Assembly: GCA_964452145.1 (NCBI GenBank)
Contig: CAYVLA010000006.1
Location: 16,409-80,408, forward strand
Source: Candidatus Hadarchaeota archaeon
GTDB taxonomy: Archaea; CAYQAE01; CAYVLA01
Direction: 5' to 3'
Length of the DNA: 64,000 nucleotides
Both the position numbers and the translations under genes were made by a program. The notes beneath the pieces were generated by a model. The model ran no database searches, was not told where the DNA came from, and saw nothing but the letters and a program-made list of their open reading frames with translations. Of this stretch, positions 9,003 to 19,487 are shown in pieces (positions within the stretch are counted from its first letter, which is position 1; each line of letters begins with the position of its first letter).

Positions 9003-10169
9003 CTACGGATCCATGGCGTTCTGATAATACCTGAGGGCTTCTCTGAAAGTGCTCAGAGGCCTCCTTGACATATCTGCTACCCCGGTGATCCGCTCGGTTC
9101 TGGAGTCCAAGACGGGCGATACCTGCTGCTCGGTGTAGCGAGTGGCCCTGTAGACATGCCTTCCCTGATTTGCAGGCCCCTGCCCTAGGAAAGGCGACCA
9201 GTAATCCCAGACTATCTCCCTATGCGGCGTCACTTCAAAGATCCTTCCGGCGTCAGATTCGCAGATCAGCGTGTTCCCGTTTTCCAGCCTCTGCACTCCC
9301 GAGCGGAAGGGGGAGTAGAAATCCGGCCCTTGCTCATAACGCCAGACGATTTCGGAGCTCTGGGGATTCATCTCAATGACGGCCGACTGGCCTCTGTAGG
9401 TTCCGTTGTCGAACAGGAGGATGTTGCCGTTCCCAAGCATGGTCGGTTGGTGCTGGCCATCGAGGATCCCCAGACCCCATGCCCAGGATATCTCCTCCCT
9501 CTTCCTGTCGATGACCCCTATCAAGTCAAGAGCCCTGAAACTGAAAAGAAGGTTGCCCGCCCGAAATCTCCGATCGCGGTGACCTAGAGGTGTGTCGGGA
9601 AGAAGCTCGATCGTATTTGTGTGGGCCCAGTCAGCCGGCGCCACCTCGCTCTCGACCCCGATGTGATCCCTGCGGGAGTATCGGACCGGGCAGGGCAGGC
9701 CCGCAAGCTCGTGGAGTTCTTCGATGTGATCACCGAACGAAAACTCCCATACCGGTCGCCCCGAGCGATCCAACTCCAAGACAACGTCCGTACGCATGTG
9801 ATCGGGTTCCTTGCCCTGTGCATAGAATCCCTTCCGGACCGGTTCACTCCTCGCAATGAGCAAGATCGTGTTTCCGTTGGGCAACCTCTCGAAGTCGTGG
9901 TGGTAGTCGCCCTTCCAGCTCCATGCCTCCCTTCCATCCGGAGCGAGTTCCTGAAGACCGTACCCGTAGTTGTCCACCAAGAGATCCCCGTCCGGTAGGA
10001 TCTCGGCATACTGGGAGTGGGTGACCGGCCAAGTGTGGATGACAAGCCCATTCATGTCTATCAGATACTCGGTGTAGCCAAAGGCGGTTGAGAAGAGCGT
10101 GTAGCCATGATAGGCCTTGCCTTTGTCGTATACCCTGACGCCCGCCCTACCAGGCGAAACGCGATCCAT
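9003..10169 (-). CDS. Arylsulfotransferase (ASST) family beta-propeller
   Basis: YHHDF, DWAHTNTI, QHQP, LFDNG and SGVQRLENGNTLICE motifs. ATG 10169 chosen; the upstream in-frame extension looks non-coding. Confidence 0.82.
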   Translation of the reverse strand: MDRVSPGRAGVRVYDKGKAYHGYTLFSTAFGYTEYLIDMNGLVIHTWPVTHSQYAEILPDGDLLVDNYGYGLQELAPDGREAWSWKGDYHHDFERLPNGNTILLIARSEPVRKGFYAQGKEPDHMRTDVVLELDRSGRPVWEFSFGDHIEELHELAGLPCPVRYSRRDHIGVESEVAPADWAHTNTIELLPDTPLGHRDRRFRAGNLLFSFRALDLIGVIDRKREEISWAWGLGILDGQHQPTMLGNGNILLFDNGTYRGQSAVIEMNPQSSEIVWRYEQGPDFYSPFRSGVQRLENGNTLICESDAGRIFEVTPHREIVWDYWSPFLGQGPANQGRHVYRATRYTEQQVSPVLDSRTERITGVADMSRRPLSTFREALRYYQNAMDP

Positions 10170-10369
10170 GGGCGAGGCGGTTCGGATGACGCCTTGATGG
10201 TACAAGGTTGGTTCCTCGGTCGGGGAAGGGGTCGCCGGGTATAAATCGCTCTCGCCTCCAGCGCGGTTGAGACTTTCACATCCGGATTCCTCCAAGGATT
10301 CGCTCCGTGCATCGGAAGATAGGAAAGATAGATCACCTCCGCTCAGGGATGCGGCCCCCAAGATCCCCT

Positions 10370-11749
10370 ATGAACGGACGGCTCGCGGTAGAACTGCTCT
10401 TCCTGGCGTCCAGCGTGACGACGATCCTACTCATACTAAGGCGTCCGTACCTGTACATACGCCTCGGCAGAAGGGAGGTGAAGGTCAACTCCTACTTCCT
10501 GGGGGCCCTCGTGGGGCCCGTGCTGATCATGATCCTAGGGCTTCTAAACTACGCCCAGATCCTTGCCGGACTGGAAGGGGATGGCCACCTCAACCCTTTC
10601 GGAATCCTCATACTTTTCCTCTCGATGGTCTTCCTCAGCATCTTCCTAGACATAGCCGGCTTCTTCGAGTTCTGCGCGAGGTGGGCGTTGCGGTTTGCTG
10701 GCAACGACGGCAGACGCCTGTTTCTGGCTTTCTACGCCACCGTATCCTTCCTCACCGTTTTCACCTCCAACGACATAGTGGTGCTCACCTTCACGCCCTT
10801 CATCTACTACTTCACAAGAGAAGCCGGGATCAACCCGAAACCATATCTGATAGCCGAGTTCTTCGGCGCAAACACTTGGAGCATGATGCTCTACATCGGC
10901 AACCCCACCAACATCCTCCTGGCCTCGGCCTTCGGGCTGAGATTCGCCCAATACTTGCAATGGATGGCTCTCCCGACCATCGCGGCGGGGACGGGCAATC
11001 TTCTGATGCTGTACCTCCTCTTTCGCAAGGAGATAAGCAGACCGATCACAACGAGGATGAACGGCAAGCCATCCGACGCCATCACCGATCGAACCGGCGC
11101 GGCGCTTGGCCTTCTGCTACTGGCCGGCTGCGTCATTGCTCTGGCGATCGCCCCCTCACTGGGACTCGAGATGTGGATCGTCTCGCTGTCCTTCGCCCTT
11201 GCGCTCACCATCATCCTCGTCGCGCGGAGCAGCTACGTCGCCGTCCTGAGGAGAAACCTCAAGGATGCGATTTCGCCTCAGGTCAGGTCCACCGTGTGGA
11301 GGATGCCCTGGCCAGTGGTCCCCTTCTTGATCTCCCTCTTCATCACGGTGGAAGCCCTCAGGATTTACGGGGTCACATCCGAGGTGGGCCACATCCTTGC
11401 AGGGCTTGTTGGCAGTTCAGCAGCCGGCCACGTGTTTGTCTACGGATTCTCCTCGGCCCTTGCGGCCAACGTGCTGAACAACATCCCCATGACGGTGGCT
11501 TTCGCGGCTATCCTGCGCAGCGCACCCGTCGACCATCTCCTGGGGACCGTCCTGGCCACAACCGTTGGTTCCAATCTCGGCGCAAATATCACCCCCATAG
11601 GTGCCCTGGCCGGCATCATGTGGATGAGCATACTGCGGAACAAGGGCGTGGACCTGTCGTTCTGGGACTTCGTGCGGTACGGCCTGCTCACAACCCCGGT
11701 GACCCTGCTCATATGCCTGGGCATACTGGCGATCGAGTTCGCGATCTAG
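10370..11749 (+). CDS. ArsB/NhaD/SLC13-type ion transporter (IT superfamily) permease
   Basis: Many hydrophobic helices, with FTSNDIVVLTFTP, IGNPTNI, LNNIPM and GSNLGANITPIGALA motifs. Confidence 0.88.
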   Translation: MNGRLAVELLFLASSVTTILLILRRPYLYIRLGRREVKVNSYFLGALVGPVLIMILGLLNYAQILAGLEGDGHLNPFGILILFLSMVFLSIFLDIAGFFEFCARWALRFAGNDGRRLFLAFYATVSFLTVFTSNDIVVLTFTPFIYYFTREAGINPKPYLIAEFFGANTWSMMLYIGNPTNILLASAFGLRFAQYLQWMALPTIAAGTGNLLMLYLLFRKEISRPITTRMNGKPSDAITDRTGAALGLLLLAGCVIALAIAPSLGLEMWIVSLSFALALTIILVARSSYVAVLRRNLKDAISPQVRSTVWRMPWPVVPFLISLFITVEALRIYGVTSEVGHILAGLVGSSAAGHVFVYGFSSALAANVLNNIPMTVAFAAILRSAPVDHLLGTVLATTVGSNLGANITPIGALAGIMWMSILRNKGVDLSFWDFVRYGLLTTPVTLLICLGILAIEFAI

Positions 11750-11848
11750 CCAGGTTCGTCCCTGCTTTGGAGATCGTCCACCCGCGCAGTGGTATTCTTA
11801 AGGAGGACCCAGTCCTTGGATGATCGTCTGCTTTCTGAGGCGTTATGC

Positions 11849-14254
11849 ATGGCTCGTAGGACGGAGAGGCTCTTTCCCATAGATGTCCCCGGGAACGGAT
11901 GGCGCCGATTTCACGCGTCAGGCTTCGCCCGCCCAGTGTGTGGGGTCGTCTATCGCACGGGAGATGTTGTCACCAATGGGATGCCGCTTGGCGGAGTTGA
12001 CACCGGCTGCCTGGATCTGGAGACCACCGGCCTTCTGGGCTATTGCACCATCTTCAACACCCATGTGCCACGTCGGGGGCCGATCAACCTTCCCCTGCTG
12101 GGTCTGAGCGTCTCGGGACGCACCTGGGTTCTCTGCGTTCCTCGCCCCAAAGACGGGGAAGGTGGTTGGCAGCCCTCGGCCAAGGGCCGCCCCTATCAGA
12201 TAAGTCGTGATGGCGTCGAGGTCAAGCAGAACCAGCTCATCACTCCGGTTCCCACCCAACTCGACCTTCGCGGAGTTGGCACGGCCAGGGAGATCCACTA
12301 TTGGGGCCACTACCCGGTTGCTGATCTGGAGTTTCAGACCGATGCTCCAATCCAGATTGGACTGAGGGCATGGTCGCCTTTTCTGCCGGGCGACGAGACG
12401 TCTTCCATGCTTCCGGCAATCGCCTTGGATGTGCACCTCAGGAACCGAAGCCGATCGCCCAAAGCCGGCACGATTGCGGCCTCCTTCCCAGGCCCGACCA
12501 AGGAGGAAGCGGGATGCGACGTCCTCGCCCGAAAGAAGGTGAGGGGCAATCTCCAGGGAGTGGAGGTGATCGGATCGAGGACATCGTATCTGCTTGCAGC
12601 TGCGGGAGCCAGGAGGACTCGCACTGGAAGCGAGCTGGGTGGAAGCGGCGAGCTTTGGTCGGCGATGGCAGGCAGACTGCCCGAGCCAGGCCCAGGAGAC
12701 TCCGGGTCCTCGATCGCGGCTGATTTCCGGCTGCGAGCAAACCAGTCCTCCACAGTCCACTTCATCATAGCCTGGCATGCACCGGAGTGGAACGCAGGGG
12801 GCTACAACTGGGCTGGTGCCGAGCACGATTTCGCCCACATGTACGCATCCTGCTACCCCAGCGCCCGACGGGCCGCCCAACAGCTGTGGAGGAAACATGA
12901 CCGCCTGCTGGAACGGGTTCTCGCCTGGCAGCAGGTGATCTACGATGAAGAAGACATTCCCGTGTGGCTGCGGGACTCACTGGTCAACGTGCTGCACCTC
13001 ATCACGGAGGACGGCCTATGGGCTCAAGCCAAGCCCCCAGTGCCTGATTGGGCAAGGACGGGTGACGGCCTCTTCGGAATGATAGAATGCCCCCGAGGTT
13101 GCCCCCAGATTGAATGCATCCCTTGTTCGTTCTACGGCAACCAGCCCCTTGTCTACTTCTTCCCGAGGCTGGCGATATCCACGCTGCGGGGCTACAAGGG
13201 CTACCAGTACCCGGACGGAGCGCCGCCCTGGATATTTGGAGGTTGCACCGGCCGAACGCCCCCGATAGACTTCTCCAACCCAACGAAGGGATACCAGTTC
13301 GCGACCAACGGCATCTCCCTTGCAGCAATGGTGGATCGATACCGCCTCTGCCACCGGGATGAGGAGTTCGACATGGAGTTCTACCCCGTCTTGAAAAGGA
13401 GCGTTATCTGGACGCTTGGCCTTCGCACGACCCCCTCTTACTCCGCGGGGGACAGGATCATCGCCATGCCCGACCCGGACTCCGATGAGTCGGCCAAGCC
13501 TCCAACAGAATGGTTCGAGGCTCGGGAACCGGGATGGTTCGGTATGACCGCACACGTAGGCCTCCTCCACCTCGCAGAACTGCTCATCGCGGAACGCATG
13601 GCCAAGGCCTCGGGTGATCTCGCCTTCGCACGGGAATGCGGGGAATGGATCAAGGCGGCTAGGGTGAGCATGGAGAAGCTTTGGACCGGATCCTACTACA
13701 TGAACTTCTTGGAGCCTGATACGGGCAAACGGTCGGACCTGGTCTTCGGCTACCAGCTGGATGGGGAGTGGATCGCGAGACATCACGGGCTTCCGAGCAC
13801 GATGCCCCTCGACCGCATAGAAACAACCCTTGCGACGATCAGGCGGTGCAATATCGCCCTCAGCAATCACGGGGCTGTGAATTACGCAAACCCCGACGGC
13901 ACCCCGGCCAAAGTTGCAGGTTACGGGACGTTCAGCTACTTCCCGCCGGAGGCCCTGATGCTGGCGATGACCTACATCTACCACGGACAGCGCGACCTAG
14001 GAGTCGATCTGGCTCACAAAGTCTGGCACAACATAGTCTGCACGCACGGGTACACATGGGACATGCCGAACATCATGCGCGGCGATGTGGATACCGGTGA
14101 GAGAACCTTCGGAAACGACTACTACCAGGACATGATGCTCTGGTCGCTCCCGGCGGCGCTGAAGGGCCAGGATTTCGGCGGACCCGCCAACCCTGGGGGC
14201 CTGGTGGCCCGAATTCTGCGCGCCGCGAGTCACGGAAGAACTCGGTGCCGATGA
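11849..14254 (+). CDS. GH116 (non-lysosomal glucosylceramidase/GBA2-like) glycoside hydrolase
   Basis: N-terminal GMPLGGVDTG motif, GHYPVADL and WSPFLPGD, plus an (alpha/alpha)6 C-terminal region with YQLDGEW and YYQDMMLW. No signal peptide. Confidence 0.85.
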   Translation: MARRTERLFPIDVPGNGWRRFHASGFARPVCGVVYRTGDVVTNGMPLGGVDTGCLDLETTGLLGYCTIFNTHVPRRGPINLPLLGLSVSGRTWVLCVPRPKDGEGGWQPSAKGRPYQISRDGVEVKQNQLITPVPTQLDLRGVGTAREIHYWGHYPVADLEFQTDAPIQIGLRAWSPFLPGDETSSMLPAIALDVHLRNRSRSPKAGTIAASFPGPTKEEAGCDVLARKKVRGNLQGVEVIGSRTSYLLAAAGARRTRTGSELGGSGELWSAMAGRLPEPGPGDSGSSIAADFRLRANQSSTVHFIIAWHAPEWNAGGYNWAGAEHDFAHMYASCYPSARRAAQQLWRKHDRLLERVLAWQQVIYDEEDIPVWLRDSLVNVLHLITEDGLWAQAKPPVPDWARTGDGLFGMIECPRGCPQIECIPCSFYGNQPLVYFFPRLAISTLRGYKGYQYPDGAPPWIFGGCTGRTPPIDFSNPTKGYQFATNGISLAAMVDRYRLCHRDEEFDMEFYPVLKRSVIWTLGLRTTPSYSAGDRIIAMPDPDSDESAKPPTEWFEAREPGWFGMTAHVGLLHLAELLIAERMAKASGDLAFARECGEWIKAARVSMEKLWTGSYYMNFLEPDTGKRSDLVFGYQLDGEWIARHHGLPSTMPLDRIETTLATIRRCNIALSNHGAVNYANPDGTPAKVAGYGTFSYFPPEALMLAMTYIYHGQRDLGVDLAHKVWHNIVCTHGYTWDMPNIMRGDVDTGERTFGNDYYQDMMLWSLPAALKGQDFGGPANPGGLVARILRAASHGRTRCR

Positions 14255-14296
14255 AGACTGCAGACCGTTTCCGTACAGACGGAACCGCCAAAGCAC

Positions 14297-14303
14297 TTTA
14301 TAT
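14297..14303 (+). promoter_or_regulatory. Candidate archaeal TATA box
   Basis: TTTATAT about 30 nt upstream of ATG 14334. Confidence 0.45.
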
Positions 14304-14333
14304 GATGCTGTTCGGGCAGGAAGCGGATCGGAG

Positions 14334-16319
14334 ATGGCCAATCCAAACCTGCGTTTCCGCCAGATACATCTGGACTTCCACACCAGCCAGCACATAGCCG
14401 GGGTCGGCGGCAAGTTCGATGGCGAGGAGTTCGCCTCGACCCTCGAGAAAGCCAGAGTGAACTCCGTTACCTGCTTTGCTCGCTGCCACCACGGGTACAT
14501 CTATTTCTACACCAAGGAATTCCCAGAAAGGCGCCACCCCCGCCTCGCCTGCGACCTTCTGAGGGAACAGATCCAGGCCTGCCACGATCACGGAATCCGG
14601 GTGCCGATCTACACCACCATCCAATGGGACCACTTCACAGCCGAGCAGCACCCTGAATGGCTCATCATCACCCCGGATGGCAGGCAGGAGGGCACCCCTC
14701 CGTACGAGCCAGGCTTCTATAGGAGGCTTTGCCTCAACACTCCGTATGTCGAGTTCGTCAAGTCACATGTCAAGGAGATCCTGAGAGAACTGCCCACGGA
14801 CGGGTTCTTCTTCGACATAGTTCAGCCCCAAGATTGCTCGTGTCACCGCTGTCGAGAGGGCATGGTCGCAGAGGGCCTGGAGCCATCCGATCCATCGGCG
14901 AGGCGGCTCTATGGCCTCGGAGTCGTCAACGGGTTCAAGCGCGATCTGACAAGTCTCGTCATGCGGCACGATCCGGATTGCACGATCTTCTACAACCGGG
15001 GACACGTCGGTCCACTGGAAAGGCAGACCCTGGATGCCTACACCCATTTCGAGTTGGAGTCCCTGCCGAGCGGCGGCTGGGGCTACATCCACTTCCCGGC
15101 CACGATCCGGTACGCCAGAAAGCTGGGCATCGACTGCCTAGGGATGACGGGGAAGTTCCACACCGCGTGGGGGGACTTCCACTCCTTCAAGAATAAGGCC
15201 GCGCTGGAGTTCGAATGCAGCCAGATGCTTGCCCTGAATGCGAAGTGCTCCATTGGCGACCAACTCCATCCCGAGGGCAGGATCTGCCAGGCGACCTACC
15301 AGCTCATACGCTCTGTGTACTCGGAGATCGAGAGGAAGGAGCCCTGGTGCGACGGCGCAAGGCCCCTGAGCGAGATCGGCGTACTGCACCCCGAGGAGTT
15401 CAGCGAGACTCGAGGGTCACCTGAGGCGGCCATGGGGGCCACCCGCATGCTGCAGGAGGGATTCCACCAGTTTGACCTCCTAGATTCGCGCAGCGATCTA
15501 GCAGGATACCGTCTTCTGGTTCTCCCAGATGAAATCCCGACATCCCCCGAGCTTGCTTCCAAGATCGAGGCTTACCTAGCCGGTGGCGGCGGGCTCATAG
15601 CATCCTACCGCTCGGGCCTGACTCTTGGAGGGACCGAGTTCTCCCTCAAATCGTTGGGAGTCGAACTCCTCGGACAGGCACCCTACAGCCCGGATTTCCT
15701 TCTGCCCGAAGGCGAGATAGCTGACGGACTGCCAACCACCGAGCACGTTATGTACCTGCGGGGTATGGAAACCGAACCGATGCAGGGCGCCCAGGTCCTA
15801 GCATATGTGATCGTGCCCTACTTCAACAGGACCTACAAGCACTTCTGTTCCCACCGCCATACACCTTCCTCAGGTGCACAGGGCTACCCTGGGATAGTGC
15901 GGAGCGGCCGAACCATTTACTTCGCCCATCCCATCTTCACCCAGTATAGGAGGAATGCCCCCTCTTGGTGCAAGAGGCTGTTCCTCAACGCCGTTGACCT
16001 TCTCATGCCAGATCCGCTGGTGCGCCTCAACGCACCGTCCACGACGCTAGCCGCCCTCAACGACCAGCGGGGTGCCAAGCGATTGATCCTTCATCTCCTC
16101 CACTACATCCCGGAGAGACGCGGCCAGGATCTGGACGTCATCGAAGACGTGATCCCCCTATACAATGTCAAGGCCTCGGTCAAGCTGGCCCGAAGGGTGG
16201 AGGAGGTCCTCTGTGTTCCCCAGATGGAGCGAGTGCCCTTCACCGAGCGCGATGGCAGAGTTGACTTCGTGGTGCCCAAGGTGAACGGGCACCAGATGAT
16301 CTCCATGAACCTGCGATGA
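14334..16319 (+). CDS. Putative glycoside hydrolase (GHL6/alpha-L-fucosidase-like TIM barrel + GH42-type trimerisation domain)
   Basis: RQIHLDFHTS, VNSVTCFARCHHG, DGFFFDI, MTGKFHTAWGDF and SIGDQLHP motifs, with a C-terminal GATase-like trimerisation domain (LLVLPDE...GGGLIASY). Confidence 0.85.
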   Translation: MANPNLRFRQIHLDFHTSQHIAGVGGKFDGEEFASTLEKARVNSVTCFARCHHGYIYFYTKEFPERRHPRLACDLLREQIQACHDHGIRVPIYTTIQWDHFTAEQHPEWLIITPDGRQEGTPPYEPGFYRRLCLNTPYVEFVKSHVKEILRELPTDGFFFDIVQPQDCSCHRCREGMVAEGLEPSDPSARRLYGLGVVNGFKRDLTSLVMRHDPDCTIFYNRGHVGPLERQTLDAYTHFELESLPSGGWGYIHFPATIRYARKLGIDCLGMTGKFHTAWGDFHSFKNKAALEFECSQMLALNAKCSIGDQLHPEGRICQATYQLIRSVYSEIERKEPWCDGARPLSEIGVLHPEEFSETRGSPEAAMGATRMLQEGFHQFDLLDSRSDLAGYRLLVLPDEIPTSPELASKIEAYLAGGGGLIASYRSGLTLGGTEFSLKSLGVELLGQAPYSPDFLLPEGEIADGLPTTEHVMYLRGMETEPMQGAQVLAYVIVPYFNRTYKHFCSHRHTPSSGAQGYPGIVRSGRTIYFAHPIFTQYRRNAPSWCKRLFLNAVDLLMPDPLVRLNAPSTTLAALNDQRGAKRLILHLLHYIPERRGQDLDVIEDVIPLYNVKASVKLARRVEEVLCVPQMERVPFTERDGRVDFVVPKVNGHQMISMNLR

Positions 16320-18922
16320 CACGGAGGGTCGAGATGAACGAATACGGCAAAGAAGATGACCTTGTTCGCGAGGGGTCGGCGGCATTCACGAGTGGTGTGA
16401 TGGGAGTCCTAATCATCCTGGCCCGCGATGCTTCGGAGGTCGAAAGGAAAGCAGCTGAGATTCTGCAGATGCGCATCTCCAAGAGGGGCCCCGCCAAGGC
16501 TTTGATTCTAACAGAGCCATCACCGGAATCGCAACATGCCGATGAGTGCCACGATCTTGTCATATTCATGGGATGCGCGCAGAGCCAGAGCACATTCGTT
16601 CACAGGGCACGAAGGGACGGGGTGGAGCCGCCTAAGCTGCCCGACTCGGACACGATCCATCCAGAAAGCTTCGCGATCAAGACCGAGTCCGGGCCAAAGC
16701 CTCAAGTCCTCATCATCTCATCCAATGGCCGGGGAGCAATCTTCGCGGTCGGGGCGCTGCTCAGGGCCGTGGCCTTCACTCCCCGAGGAATAAGCGTTCC
16801 ACACATGGATCTCAGGGACAAGCCAAGCTTATGGCTCAGAGGAACGGAGGCGTCCGCCGGGGGCCCTCGGAGCGGCGCCAAGGAGACGGCCAAGCTTCGG
16901 CCCCAGACCCGGGATGAACTCCGAGAGACGATCGAGGATCTCATGCTTCTGGGAGGCAACGTTTTCCAGGGGGAGGAGGAACTCGTGCGAGCCTGCGGCA
17001 TGATGACATACGGGGGCTGCGTGGCCAACGCTCTGCAGGCACCCTTCCCCCAGGAGTGGGCCGCTACCCCATCGGACAGCCTTCACGTGAAGGTGAGCGC
17101 ATACTTCAGGAAGAGCTTCGTCTGTCCCTCGATCCCGGAGGCACGCAAGGCCCTCCTTGACCGATACGAGACCATCTTCGCACACTCGCCGCCCTACGAT
17201 TTCTTCGTCACGAACTCGGGCGATGTCGGAGGGTGCACATGTAGCGGGTGCATGCCTTGGGGCAGGACCTACATAAAGCTCGTTCACGAGATGGCAGGAA
17301 TCCTCCACAAGCACAGGCCCGAGTGCAGGCTTATGGCCACCAACCAGAACCTCACGAACGAGGGCAACCAGGCCATCCTCGACTACCTCAACGAGAAGCA
17401 AGACTCCCGCTGGCTGTTCGCCATCCGCTACGGCCCAGGCGGAAACGAGATGGACACCTACAACCGGGGCCCTGTCAATCCGAAGTGGTTCGAGTACGAA
17501 GGCTTCGGGCCTGTGGGCCACTACCTTGAGTACATCCATCACCAACTGCCCGGAACGACGGAGATAGCCCTCTTCAGCGACGTGACCCACTGGATACTGT
17601 CACAGTACGGCGTCCAGAGGCCCGATCCCGCCTTCGCAGCGATCTACGGGAGGCGGTCCTGGAACGCCAGGCCACGCCACTACCACAGGATCGCGACGGA
17701 GACCTTTCACTACGCACTGGGGGACATGTTCTACAGCGAGGGCATGCACGACGACTTCAACAAGTGGCTCTGGCTCCGCCTCCTCTGGAATCCCCGCCTC
17801 TCATGCGAGGAGGTGACCGGGGAGTACTGTCGCTACTGGTTCGGGCGCGACGCCGAGGACGAGATGGTTCAGGCCATCTTTACGATGGAGGAGAATCTCG
17901 AAAAGCCGGTTCTGGGCAATCCCGGAATCGCCAGGGCGGTCGAGATCCTCCGATCCGCCAAGAGCCGCATACCTCCGAACCTCTTGAAGGTGGACTATCG
18001 GTGGAACATAGCCATGCAGAAAGCCCTCCTAGACCGTTACATCCAGCTGTGGCTCGAAAGGGGAGATAAGATCAAGCGGGACGCCTCCGCGGTCCTTGCC
18101 CGGGTCGCAACCTCTGCTCGGCCGAGGCGGGAGATCATGCATGCCCTCAGAATCCTTCGCCAGCCACAAGAAGATCTGGGGATGCGGGCCATCAGGGAGA
18201 AGGTGAGAGCCCTAGGCGAGCGATCCAACGAGACCATAGGGTACAGGGAGCCGGGCTACTTCGTCGCAAACGAGTACGACATCACCGAGATCGGCTGGTG
18301 GATCAAGACCCTACAGGAAGCTACTACAGAAACCGACGAGGCGATGAGGAACGCGGCCAGGATGGTTCTTGCCTACGAGGACCCGGGCCAGGGGGGCAGG
18401 TACGAAAGGCTGGGTTGGCCTTGGGGCTCAGGCCATCTTCTGGAGGAAAACGACATCATCGGCTTCTTCCCCTTCACGGGGCCCGCCCGCCTTGCGAGCT
18501 TCGGGATGGCCTATTCTTGGGGAAGACCGGATGCCCACCTCACCTTCGTCTACGGGGGCTTGGATCCCGAGGTCCAGTACTGCCTGCGCCTCTCCGTCGG
18601 CTTCCACTGCGACGAACTGAAGCAGATCCTTGGGCAGGGCTTGCTTCAGACCCTTGAGGTCAACGGGGTAGTGATAGGCAGGGAAGTGCCCCTGCCTTTG
18701 GGCGGCGCGAGGCTCTGCGAGTTCACCCTTCCGGCCGGCCTAGCTAGGGATGGTAGGCTGACCGTCGTTCTGCGCAGCGAAAGCAGTCATTTCCACATGG
18801 TGGGCGCGTCCGAGATCTGGTTGATGCACAAGGACAGGATGCCTTGGACCACGAACTGGTCCCGACAGGTCGCTCTCACCCGGCGGAGCTCCAAGCATGC
18901 CCAAAGGAGAGAAGATCCGTGA
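16316..18922 (+). CDS. Large hypothetical protein, probable glycoside hydrolase (GH20/GH67-like N-terminal domain)
   Basis: 868-aa ORF overlapping the previous stop (ATGA). N-terminal HPESFAI...GRGAIFAVGALLR...DKPSLWLRG pattern, a TIM-like core with a GGCTCSGC cluster, and a C-terminal beta-sandwich. Start may be 16334. Confidence 0.7.
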   Translation: MTRRVEMNEYGKEDDLVREGSAAFTSGVMGVLIILARDASEVERKAAEILQMRISKRGPAKALILTEPSPESQHADECHDLVIFMGCAQSQSTFVHRARRDGVEPPKLPDSDTIHPESFAIKTESGPKPQVLIISSNGRGAIFAVGALLRAVAFTPRGISVPHMDLRDKPSLWLRGTEASAGGPRSGAKETAKLRPQTRDELRETIEDLMLLGGNVFQGEEELVRACGMMTYGGCVANALQAPFPQEWAATPSDSLHVKVSAYFRKSFVCPSIPEARKALLDRYETIFAHSPPYDFFVTNSGDVGGCTCSGCMPWGRTYIKLVHEMAGILHKHRPECRLMATNQNLTNEGNQAILDYLNEKQDSRWLFAIRYGPGGNEMDTYNRGPVNPKWFEYEGFGPVGHYLEYIHHQLPGTTEIALFSDVTHWILSQYGVQRPDPAFAAIYGRRSWNARPRHYHRIATETFHYALGDMFYSEGMHDDFNKWLWLRLLWNPRLSCEEVTGEYCRYWFGRDAEDEMVQAIFTMEENLEKPVLGNPGIARAVEILRSAKSRIPPNLLKVDYRWNIAMQKALLDRYIQLWLERGDKIKRDASAVLARVATSARPRREIMHALRILRQPQEDLGMRAIREKVRALGERSNETIGYREPGYFVANEYDITEIGWWIKTLQEATTETDEAMRNAARMVLAYEDPGQGGRYERLGWPWGSGHLLEENDIIGFFPFTGPARLASFGMAYSWGRPDAHLTFVYGGLDPEVQYCLRLSVGFHCDELKQILGQGLLQTLEVNGVVIGREVPLPLGGARLCEFTLPAGLARDGRLTVVLRSESSHFHMVGASEIWLMHKDRMPWTTNWSRQVALTRRSSKHAQRREDP

Positions 18923-19442
18923 CCCGGAAGCGAACTGGCGCCAGCTCGAAAGATTCTTACACGCAGTCATTCGAGGGTGTACAGGAGTTGGTTGCAGGTT
19001 GAGCTCCCAAGAAGAAAGCGAGGCCGAGGCAAGGCCGCCTTCGCGGAGAGGAGACAGCGAGACGACAACCGGCCTGGACGCGTGCATCATCAGGCTAGGC
19101 AGGGGAGAGAGGGTGAGCGCCGAGCTGGCTGGCACGCTGGATGAGGTCGACGTACGCTCGATCCACATCTACAAGCTTTCCCCGGACAACCCTGCGGGCC
19201 TTCATTACCACGACTTCGACGAGTACTGGCTATTCATCGAGGGGACCACCACGGTCACTCTGCGATCAGAGGACGGAACGACCAGGCACTACCAGGCGGG
19301 GGCCGGCGACCTGATCGCCACGCCCAGAGGGGTGGAACACGGCCATGCGCCGCGAACCCTCACAAGATACATACAGTTTTCCAGCAAGATCAAGCCAGGC
19401 TCCCGTCAGGGCCACCTGCAGCGCGGGAAAGCTAGTGCCTGA
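18897..19442 (+). CDS. Cupin domain protein
   Basis: LHYHDFDEYW and GDLIATPRGVEHG cupin metal motifs. True start is uncertain (18999 TTG or 19113 GTG). Confidence 0.8.
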   Translation: MPKGEKIRDPEANWRQLERFLHAVIRGCTGVGCRLSSQEESEAEARPPSRRGDSETTTGLDACIIRLGRGERVSAELAGTLDEVDVRSIHIYKLSPDNPAGLHYHDFDEYWLFIEGTTTVTLRSEDGTTRHYQAGAGDLIATPRGVEHGHAPRTLTRYIQFSSKIKPGSRQGHLQRGKASA

Positions 19443-19487
19443 GGTGCAGGTCTCGGCCCAACACAGCGAGGATCAGGATCTGGTCGT

